The notes under the pieces were generated by a model that was given only the letters and a program-made list of their open reading frames with translations, was not told the DNA's origin and did not search any database. DNA of 53,379 nucleotides from NCBI GenBank assembly GCA_012862495.1, contig BLSG01000189.1, positions 1 to 53,379 of the forward strand. Reading direction: 5' to 3'. A program made the translations under genes and the position numbers. This document shows, one piece after another, positions 10,495 through 20,883 of the stretch (positions are counted from its first letter, which is position 1; each line of letters starts with the position of its first letter). Source of the stretch: Thraustochytrium aureum. Lineage: Eukaryota.

Positions 10495-12413
10495 ATGGAG
10501 GGCCCGCCAGGCCGCGTGCTAAAGTCTGGGGCTGATGGGCCGCCTGCGGTGGCTGCAAAGAGAACCGGAGGGCGAGGGGTTGGCCGTCGGCTGGTCTGTC
10601 GGACTGGCCTCGGATGGCAGCCGCGCACTGCGACGACGGCGCAAGGCGGGCGAGCTGAAACGGCGGACAACGACGGGAAGAAAAAAGCAAGTCCTGCTGC
10701 AGCATCGCGAGCCACCGCATCCGACCGAGGTGCGAGCAAAGTGAACTCTGCGAGTCGAGCGATCGCGTCAGACTCGCCAAAGGCGGCGAGCAACGCCGGC
10801 GCGCCGCCCGTTTCCAAGACATCCTCAACCATTGCGGACGCGATTGCGGCGGCAAAAACGCCGAGCGCCTCCTCGACCGGGAACTCGTCAGTGGGCACTT
10901 CTAGTACGGAGCGCACGATCTACGACGACTACTCGATCCTGAAGGAGGTCGGGAGCGGCGCCTTCTCGCGCGTCTACAAGGCCATCGAGCGCGAGACCGG
11001 GCGCGTGGTGGCCATCAAGGTGATGGCCGTCGACCCCTACGACGACGAGATGCAGGACATCGTGGACAACGAGATCCGCGTGATGGAGCGCGTCAAGCAG
11101 GAGCTGAGCGACTTCCACGACAGCTTTGTCCAAATTTACCGCGTCGTGCGCGAGCAGCGGCGCGTCTGCATCGTCATGGAGTTCCTTGAGGGCGGCGAGC
11201 TGTTTGATCGCATTGTGCAGAGAAGGACGTACTCAGAAAAGGACGCCGCCCTGATCATGAGCCGCATCGTGCGCGCCGTGAGGGCGCTGCACTCGCGCAA
11301 AATCGTCCACCGCGACCTCAAACCGGAGAATATCGTCTTCATGGACCAGCGAGAAGACTCCCCGATCAAGATAATGGACTTTGGCCTCGCGCTGATAGTC
11401 GGGGAAGAGGACCCGCACCGGAGCGTCGACTTTGTGGGGAGCCCTGGCTACGCGGCGCCAGAGGTGCTCACGGAGAAGCAATACGGGCGTCAGAACGACG
11501 TGTGGTCGCTCGGCGTGATCTTGTACATCCTCCTCGTTGGGCGGCCGCCCTTTCGCGGTCGCAACAGCGAGCAGCAGATCAACAACATCATTGCGGGCAA
11601 GTACTCGCTGGACAGCGGCGAGTGGGACGAGGTCTCCGCAAACGCCAAGGACCTGGTTCGCCGTATGCTCGACATCAACACGCGCTCCCGCATCACGCTC
11701 CGACAGGTCCTCCAGCACCCGTTCATGTACAACGCCAGCCTCAGGGAGGCGACCAAGCACCTGGGCGGCGCGCTCGGCCAGCTGCGCAAGACCCGGGACC
11801 GGATGCAGCTCCGCGCCGCCGCCGCGCGCGCCGTGGGCCAGGCCACTATCGACCTCCGGGTGGCGCTCATGGGCTTGCTGGAGCGGTCCACAACGCACGC
11901 CGCTGGGCTCAGCACAGCCGACTTGGGCCGGATCATCGGCGCTTTGCAGGGCGTGAGAAACGAGGGCCGCCTCAACAGCCAGCGCTTCACGGAGCTGCTC
12001 ACCGACCTCGGGTTCGGGGGCTTGCCCCTTGGCGAAATGTTTGAGGTTCTTGCGCGCCAGAGCACGTCAGCAAGCCAGACCAAGCTGCAGCCAGAGGGGG
12101 CCAGCCGAGACGACTCCGTGCTTGAGGTTGAGATCGACGAGCTCGTGGTTGGGCTCTCGGTCATTGCTGCGACCGAGTCGCGAAACCGCGTGCTCGAGTA
12201 CCTCTTTTCGTTTCTCGCCGACGACGGCGCCTCGAAATCAATCTCCACGCAAGGCCTCGTCAAGGTCTTGCGGGTCATAGCCTCTTACGAAAAGCCCCCC
12301 GAAGGCGTGCAGAAGACGCGCCACCTTGCGCAGAGCGTGGCCGCCATTTTTGGACCAGCCAGCAGGACCACGACGGCTCGCGCGTCCGGTGCGGCGCAGC
12401 GCGGCTCGGCTGC
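10495..12413 (+). CDS. Ca2+/calmodulin-dependent Ser/Thr kinase, CCaMK/DMI3-like, with a degenerate EF-hand C-terminal domain; 3' end in gap
   Basis: All kinase motifs are present (GSGAFS, VAIK, GGELFDRIV, HRDLKPEN, DFG, APE, DVWSLGVILYILL), followed by a CaM-binding-like helix QLRAAAARAV and an NCS/visinin-like region. Confidence 0.9.
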
Positions 12414-13041
12414 NNNNNNNNNNNNNNNNNNNNNNNNNNNNNNNNNNNNNNNNNNNNNNNNNNNNNNNNNNNNNNNNNNNNNNNNNNNNNNNNNNNNNNN
12501 NNNNNNNNNNNNNNNNNNNNNNNNNNNNNNNNNNNNNNNNNNNNNNNNNNNNNNNNNNNNNNNNNNNNNNNNNNNNNNNNNNNNNNNNNNNNNNNNNNNN
12601 NNNNNNNNNNNNNNNNNNNNNNNNNNNNNNNNNNNNNNNNNNNNNNNNNNNNNNNNNNNNNNNNNNNNNNNNNNNNNNNNNNNNNNNNNNNNNNNNNNNN
12701 NNNNNNNNNNNNNNNNNNNNNNNNNNNNNNNNNNNNNNNNNNNNNNNNNNNNNNNNNNNNNNNNNNNNNNNNNNNNNNNNNNNNNNNNNNNNNNNNNNNN
12801 NNNNNNNNNNNNNNNNNNNNNNNNNNNNNNNNNNNNNNNNNNNNNNNNNNNNNNNNNNNNNNNNNNNNNNNNNNNNNNNNNNNNNNNNNNNNNNNNNNNN
12901 NNNNNNNNNNNNNNNNNNNNNNNNNNNNNNNNNNNNNNNNNNNNNNNNNNNNNNNNNNNNNNNNNNNNNNNNNNNNNNNNNNNNNNNNNNNNNNNNNNNN
13001 NNNNNNNNNNNNNNNNNNNNNNNNNNNNNNNNNNNNNNNNN

Positions 13042-14396
13042 TTTGACCCTCGCGCTCACCGAAGAATCCTCGAATGAGCCCTTTGCGGAGCTTGGCGTGC
13101 CATTTGGAGGGCACCACGTGAAAGAGCGGGTCGAACTTGGGTTTGGGTCAGGTTGGTACTTTCAAATCTGGTGAACCAGACGACCAGCACCAGATCCAAG
13201 AGCGTCGCGGCGCGAAGGGGTGCGTCAGAGGACGCGAAGGAAGCAGACAGACCGCGAGGAGGCGATGGGAGACGACGGAGATGAATCTGATGAAGCGGTA
13301 GAGCTTTTCGCGGAAGGCTTGGAGTTCGCGTTGCACCACAAGCAGCGGGCGTCTGCGTTTGAACTTTGCGAAAAGGGTCAAGCGGACGCTGGGAGCGACG
13401 AAGGAAAGTGAAACCCAAGCCCGTCGATGGACGTTTGACTCGTACAGTGAAGAAGGACGGCAGTTCCACGGCGACCTCCACGGCTCAGTCCTTGGATTGG
13501 AAAAGGTTCCAGAGCTTCCCATGTGGTGGAATAAGTGCATGGGCAACCTGGACCTCTTGCGGAAGGTTCTCAATGGGAATAAAGCCAAGTACGGCATCGG
13601 AAAGCCCGTTCAACTGCTTTGGATGGTTCACTTCGGCTACGTCCTCTACAACGCTTTCAGAGTGCACCAGTTGGACGGTATTCGGGCTGAAATCAACAAC
13701 TACAAGACTTTTCGGCAGCTGAGTGCCGCCCGCCGCCGCACGGAGACCTTTGAGACTTTCCTCTTCAACCTTTGGAGAGCCCTGGACGACCCCCAACCGC
13801 TGTTGACAAAGATTCACGAGCTCAGATACATCGACACAAAGCGCTTTCGGACAGACACACCACCTTTAATGAACGCGATCAACTCTGCGCCGTCGTCGGG
13901 GAGCTCCACTGCATCTGCGTTCAAAAAACAACCGAAACGACGCCGCCTGCAACACGCAAACACGGACCCGACAATGATTAAAGTTCGGCTGGACACGTCT
14001 GTTGAGCACACGATCTCATACGACAAAAGTGGGAAACGGTTTCGATGTGTCGTGTGCTGCAAAAGCTGCGACACCGGCACATCGCACAAGATCCGTGATT
14101 CCGCTCAAACTGCGTACAAGTGCTCAGTTTGCGACGTCCCGCTCTGCAAGATGGCAAAGAGGCAATGTTGGGGGACTTGGCACTCCATGCGCGACATCCC
14201 TTACCCTGCATGTGTCCCAGAGGGCGACCGCCTCTATCAGGCCAAGCGAACGAAACGTGGGGCTGCACAGCATCTCACGACGAACTCACCTCCACAGCAG
14301 TAGTTCCCGTTCCCGCTAAAATTAACACAATGGCTACTCTTTTACCTATCTGTTTAATTTATAAAGTTGATAATTTCCACTTTAAGTATTAGAGGG
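13042..14396 (+). mobile_element. piggyBac-like DNA transposon, 3' portion (frameshifted or partial transposase, ORF 13359-14303)
   Basis: WNKCMGNLDL..LLWMVHFGYVLYNAFRVH matches the piggyBac YNxxMGGVD..NAY motif around the third catalytic Asp. C-terminal Cys-rich domain RCVVC..TAYKCSVCDVPLC..CWGTWH. AT-rich tail ends ..TATTAGAGGG. GC is visibly lower than in the flanks. Confidence 0.75.
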
Positions 14397-15047
14397 TCAA
14401 ATTTCCATTTCGCTTNNNNNNNNNNNNNNNNNNNNNNNNNNNNNNNNNNNNNNNNNNNNNNNNNNNNNNNNNNNNNNNNNNNNNNNNNNNNNNNNNNNNN
14501 NNNNNNNNNNNNNNNNNNNNNNNNNNNNNNNNNNNNNNNNNNNNNNNNNNNNNNNNNNNNNNNNNNNNNNNNNNNNNNNNNNNNNNNNNNNNNNNNNNNN
14601 NNNNNNNNNNNNNNNNNNNNNNNNNNNNNNNNNNNNNNNNNNNNNNNNNNNNNNNNNNNNNNNNNNNNNNNNNNNNNNNNNNNNNNNNNNNNNNNNNNNN
14701 NNNNNNNNNNNNNNNNNNNNNNNNNNNNNNNNNNNNNNNNNNNNNNNNNNNNNNNNNNNNNNNNNNNNNNNNNNNNNNNNNNNNNNNNNNNNNNNNNNNN
14801 NNNNNNNNNNNNNNNNNNNNNNNNNNNNNNNNNNNNNNNNNNNNNNNNNNNNNNNNNNNNNNNNNNNNNNNNNNNNNNNNNNNNNNNNNNNNNNNNNNNN
14901 NNNNNNNNNNNNNNNNNNNNNNNNNNNNNNNNNNNNNNNNNNNNNNNNNNNNNNNNNNNNNNNNNNNNNNNNNNNNNNNNNNNNNNNNNNNNNNNNNNNN
15001 NNNNNNNNNNNNNNNNNNNNNNNNNNNNNNNNNNNNNNNNNNNNNNN

Positions 15048-18000
15048 GACCTGCACGATTGCCTCGCTCTCGTTGTCGAGGGCCGCGGTGGCCTCGTCGA
15101 GCAAAAGCACATCGGGGTCGCGGATCAGGCAGCGCGCGATGGCGATGCGCTGCTTCTGGCCGCCGCTGAGCGTCGAAGAGGAGATCTGCGTCTGGTACCC
15201 GTCCGGCAGCTCGGAGATGAATTCGTGCGCGTTGGCCTTCTTGGCCGCCTCGACGACCATCTCCTCCGTGACAAGACCCTTGGTCTCCGCCAGCTTGGCG
15301 TCACAGACACCGTAGGCGATGTTCTCAAAAACGGTCGTTCCAAAGAGGGCCGGCTCTTGCTGGACGAGGCCAAGCATGGACCCGCGCAGCCAGCGCAAGT
15401 TGGCGCTGCGAAGCGGGATGCCCTGAAAGGTGATCTCGCCCGCCGAGGGGTCGTAAAACCGCTCCAACAGCGCGATGGCCGTCGACTTGCCGCTCCCAGA
15501 CTGGCCCACGAGGGCAACAGTCTGCCCGGGCTTGATCGTGAGGGAAAACTTGTCAAACACCTTGGCCTCACTCCGGGTCGGGTAGGCAAAGTCGACGTCG
15601 CGAAACTCGATGTCGCCGCCGCTGAGCGCTTCCGCACCGAGGCCGGACTCGTCCATGGGGTCGATCTTCGTCTTCCGGTCGACGATGCGAAAAACGTTCG
15701 AGATGGCGCGGCTCGCCTTGGCCACGTCCGGGGTCATGGCGGCAGACTGGCCGATGCCAGTCCCCATCATGACCACGGCGAAGAAGACGCTGATGACTCG
15801 GGCAAAGTCGTAGTTCTTGTCCGGGTCGGCGATGAGGCGCGCACCTTGCTGAAAAGCGATAGCATAAACAACAAACATCATGCCCTGGCTTATGCCAAAG
15901 CCAAACCCGACGATGAGGCCCTTTCGGCGCGCAAGCTTGTTGGAGCCCTCGAGGAAGCTGTCGTAGAGCGAGACGACGCGGTCTCGGAGCGCGAAGGCGG
16001 TTACAGTGCGGATGCCGTGGATCGACTCGCTGAGCACCTGCCCGGCCCCGGCCAGAGCCTTGTCGTCCTCCTTCGCAACGCCGCCCATGGCGGCCATCTG
16101 GACCGCACCGGCGATGATGAGAAGCGGGAGCAGGCCGATGAGGATCAGCGTGAGCTCCCAGCCGTAGTAAAAGGCGATGACGAGACCGGCGACCACGGTG
16201 GCCAGGTTCATGACGATCAAGTTGAGGCGGTCCGCGAGCGAGGCTTTGACGAGGGCGGCATCGGTGGCCAGCCGGCTTGTGAGGGCGCCGACCGAGTTTT
16301 TCTTGTCGTCGAAGAAGCCGACGTCTTGGCGAAGGAGCGCCTTGAAGAGGTGGAGGCGGACGCGCGTGGTCATGCGTTCCCCGATCGTGCCAAAGGTTTG
16401 AAAGGCGACCAAGTTGGCGCCCGCGCCGACCACAGAGAAGGCGACAAAGTACAGCGCGTACGTGTTGGCCTGATCCTGGATCAGCGCAGCGGTCGGCAAA
16501 AAGTAGGTGGTGCTGATGCCCGAGAACAGAATGGCGAACAGAGGCAGCTGCACGCCGTTCACGACTGAGGAAAAGATGGCCGGGATGTAGATCATCTTCT
16601 CTGGCTTGCTGAAGGTGAAGATGCGCGAGATGGGCACGGTGTAGAGCTCCTCGAGCTCCTCCTCGGTCTTTTTCTTTTTCTGCTTCTTCTTTTGCCCAAA
16701 GCAGTTGGTCTTGGTCTGCTCCTCGTCCGACGAGTCGTCAGCAACGGCATCATCATCACCGGCCTCGTTGTCGGTTTCACCGTCTGCGGCGTCGGACTCG
16801 AGTGGGGCGCTTGACCCGGACGAACGAGTCCCGCGCGAGTTGCGCTGCTTGGAGCGGCGCTCCTTGCGGGCCTTGCCACCCTTGGTCTTGGAGGCGGCGG
16901 CGAGCAGCGCGTTGTAGTGGCCGCCCGCCTTGGCAACAAGCTCGTTGTGGGTCCCCTGCTCGAGCAGCTTGCCGTCGCCCATGACGATGATCTTGTCGCA
17001 ATCGCGCACCGTCGTCAGGCGATGCGCGATCACGATCGTGGTGCGCGCCTTTGCCTTGAGGAGATCGTCCAGAGCGGCCTGCACAATTCGCTCGCTTTCG
17101 TTGTCGAGGGCAGAGGTGGCCTCGTCCAGGATCAGTAGGGCCGGGTCACGGATCATCGCCCGCGCGATGGCGATGCGCTGCTTTTGGCCGCCCGACATGC
17201 TCGAGCCTCCCTCGCCGACAAAGGTGTCAAACCCCTGGGGGAACGACATGATAAACTCGTACGCGTTGGCGGCGCGCGCCGCCTGCTCGATCTCCTCGCG
17301 CGTGGGCTCGTAGCCCTCGACGCAACCGTAGGCGATGTTTTGCGCGATCGAGGTGGCAAAGAGGATCGGTTCCTGCGAGACGAGCGACATGTGCTCGCGC
17401 AGCCAGCGAACATTGAGCTCTCGAATGTCGACCCCGTCAAGGGTGACGCTTCCCTGCTCGGGGTCGTAGAAGCGCGCACGAGCTGGGTCACCGTTGACTT
17501 GCCGCTGCCGCTGCCTCCGACAAGAGCGGTGGACTTGCCCGCCGGGATATCGAGGGTCAGGTTGTCGAAGAGCAGCGTCTCGGGCCGCGATGGGTAGCGA
17601 AAGCTGACGTTCTCGAGGCGAAGGGCGCCCACGACCGCGTCCGGCTTGAGGCCGGCCGCGCTGGAGGCGTCAATCGAGGGCGTGCGGGACAGGATGGCAA
17701 AGATCTTGCCAGCGGCGGCGCGCCCGTTGGAGAGCGCGGTGACGCTCGGCGCCGCTTGGCCCAGGGAGAACGCTGCGAGCACGACGGAGAAGAAAACGAG
17801 AACGATGTCACCGCCGGAGACGCAGTCCCCGGTGACAGCGCAGCCGCACGCGCAGGCCAGGCAGTTGCAAACGTCGGCCGCGGTAGCGAGCACAATGTCG
17901 AGTCCGTCGTTGGGGAAACAGCCGATGGAGCTCGCTTGGGCGGCGGTAAGCGTGCCGACCGCGCAAAAGGCGCTGGTTGCGGCGGGGTTGGGCGGCGCAA

Positions 18001-18937
18001 TTGCGGCGGCTTCGTCCTTGTCGGCGAGGACGATCTTGGCTCCGTACCAGAAAGCCAGCGCGTACGTGAGAAAGAAGGTGCCCATGGTCATGCCCATCCC
18101 GAGCCCCTGGGCGCGCGACTTTTTAATGCCGTTCTCCTCCGCCACGACGAGGTCCTTGCGATAGCGCTCTGCCTGGCGGTCTTCGAGGCCGAACGAGACG
18201 ACGGTGCGGATCATGGTAAAGGTCTCCTCGGCGACGGCCCCAGCTTTGGCGTACGCGCCGAGGCCTCCAGAGGTGGCGTCGGCCATAACCCGCATCATCA
18301 TGAAGCCGCCGACCGCGAGGAGCGGGGTGACCGCGACCACGACGAGCGTGAGCTGCCAGTTGATGTAAAAGCCAACGGCAAACCCGGCGAAGAACATGGT
18401 GCCGAACTGGAAGAGGAGCCCGAGCTTATCGCCCATGGCGTCGCGGATCACGACGGTGTTTTCGGCGATGGAGCTCGACAGCTCGCCGCTCCCCAGGTCG
18501 AAGAAGGCGATCTCCTGCCGCAGGATCGCGTTCAGGTACATCTTGCGGATGCGCAGCGTCTGGCGCTCGCTCGTCATTGTGAAGCAGGCCACTTGCAAGA
18601 ACGCGGCAAAGGAGGCGCCGATGGCGATCATGCCGAACAGAAGCGCATACTTGTTCCCGGCCTCGCGCACGGCCTCCGGGTCCGGGGTGTTGAAGTCGTC
18701 GAACAGCCCGCCGAGCAGGATGCTGAACAGCGGCAGGGCCGCGCCGGAGGCCACTCCGCCCAAGGCGCCGAGCAGGATCAGTACCTTGTCCTGCGTGTCC
18801 GCAAACTTGAACAGTCCGCAGACCGACACAGGCTTAATCACGAGCTCTCCATCGGAGCTCGTCGCGGCCTTGCCAAGCACATCCGCATCGCTCGCGCTCG
18901 CTGGCGACAGCGCGGCGGCCGCTTCGGCCTTGCCCAT
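15048..18937 (-). CDS. ABCB1-like: Full-length ABCB1/MDR (P-glycoprotein-like) transporter, paralogue A; 1-nt frameshift near 17477, 3' end in gap
   Basis: TMD-NBD-TMD-NBD. Walker A GGSGSGKST and GQSGSGKST, signatures [13 protein letters not shown] and [13 protein letters not shown], Walker [12 protein letters not shown]. ORFs 17153-18937 and 14397-17390 join if GTGCGCGC is read as GTG CAG CGC (LVQRFYDP). Confidence 0.93.
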
Positions 18938-20273
18938 CCTCGCGCAGCTGCTGGTTCACTCTGCCTGTCGCACACCGTGCCCGAGCGCACTTGCACAACC
19001 ACACGTCGCGCGAAGCCCGACCCAGCGCAGCGTGACGTCCGGCCCAGTAAGCAAGAGCACTTGCCCGGTCCGCGCGGGCTCAAGCTCGAGCGCTCGGTCG
19101 GTCGCCGTCGGCGGGTCGGCGGGTCCTCGTCCTCGATTGGGGTCTGCCTGCCTGCCTGACTGCCGTGCGGCGCATGCAGGTCTGGCCGCTCCATTCGTCC
19201 AAGTCACAACAAAAACACACAAAATACAACGCAAATGCATTCAACTTTTTGTTTATTTGATTCAAGAGAACAAAAGAACAAACCACGAAGTAGGGGGGAG
19301 AGCCAAAGCTGCAGAGAGACCCTGGGGATTCAAGAGCCCAATCTCCGCAGTGGACCGCTGATGAGTGAGTGGCGTTGCAGGGCTTTTGAACTGAGGCGGT
19401 TCCGCACGGGTTCCGCGCGCGGCCTCACAACTAAAACGCGACGAAAGGGCACCCGCTGGGAGAGGCGGCAGGTTTTCTGTTCTGCTTTTCTTCTGGTCTG
19501 TTCAATTTGCGGGGCTGGGTTGGTATTCGTGGTCTTGTACTTCTTTGCGCACGTATCTGCATTGTTTTCTACATACGAAACACGTCGCAGTCGCGCTTTG
19601 ACGCCACGCGTGGCCTTGTACGGTACCGCGATCCAAAAGGCCGCGCGCGCACCGCACCGGACCTCGCGTGGGGCTGACGCAATAGTCTTGATCGGACCCA
19701 GGGCTGGTACAGAGACTATGTCGCATCCGGGATTGGTCGGTCCCGTAACAGAGGCGCCTGACAGTACCAAAGCGGGTGTTTACGCGAACAGGTGTATGAC
19801 GCCCCAGCGACATCGGCCCTTGAGGCTGGTTTGGCCAGGCCACACACTCTCGAGTGCTCTTCAGCAGAAGGATGTCGCACGCGAGTGAGTTCGCGTGCGC
19901 CGGCCTGCACGACATCCCTGCGCAGCGAGGTTCTATCGAGGCACAGCAGAGTCTGGCAGGTGCAGAGCGATGGCGCGAGGCGGCTCATCAACGGTTGACT
20001 CGGGCGGGCAGGCGCCCGAGTTTTCTCCCCCGAAACGCCCTGCGCCTCGCCCAACACGTGTGCATGGGCTCCACTGGCAGTTCGACGACGCCGAGGCCGC
20101 CGGGTCCTTCTGGACGCTTGCGAAACCAACGGACAGGCCGCCCGCGAATGTGTCGTGTCGTAAGAAACCGCTGCCTTGCGCCTGAATGCAAGGCCGGCTC
20201 GTAGCAGCCGTTTCGACGCCAACAGCAGCAACCTACGAATGGGCACGCAGGGCTCGCTCGCTACGCGGCATCC

Positions 20274-20331
20274 CACCTGCTCCTGCCTCCTTCACCTGCT
20301 TCTGCCTCCTTCACCTGCTTCTGCCTCCTTC
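20274..20331. repeat. About 3 tandem copies of a 19-bp unit CTGCCTCCTTCACCTGCTT in the ABCB intergenic region
   Basis: Perfect copies at 20283-20301 and 20302-20320, with partial copies on both sides. Confidence 0.85.
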
Positions 20332-20883
20332 TCGATTCCCCAAGTCATCCGACCCGCGAGCGACGCCACACAGCAGCACGCGATGCAGCCCCGCCGTTTC
20401 GGGGGCCAGGCTGGCCAAGGTGCCCGAGTCTCGGCCCGCCGGAGCATATGGCCGCCCAAGCGAAGGCTAGCGCAGGAGGCCCGAGTGGCTCCGAGGGAGT
20501 AGTGACGCGGGGGATGCGCGAGGGTTGCCAGAGGTTCATCCACGCAGCGATCGCTCGCGCAACATTCCCTCGCTGTTATGTGCCGAACACCGGGCGCTGC
20601 GCGGTGAGAGGTTGACCAGAAATGATGCCTGCATGCATGCATACATGCAGGCAGCTGACGCCTTGTTGGTGGTCGAGTACCACCGCCACTCTACCCAGGC
20701 TACTCACTCTACTCTCTGTTTGTTTGTGGGGAGCGGGGTTGACGCTGTGCATTGCACCGAGCAGACCCCCAACGCACGCACGAACGCCGAGGCATTTTCG
20801 TACAAAGGGACAGCGCACGGGAAGGAGCAACGCACGTAGGCACAACGAGTGCTGTTGGACCAGACTGCCTTGGCGTAGCAGCC

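Noticed and set aside
13042..14401. 10-bp inverted repeat TTTGACCCTC / GAGGGTCAAA as transposon TIRs
   Set aside because: The match does not extend, the left copy abuts a gap inside apparent coding sequence, and TTGA/TCAA are not a direct target duplication.
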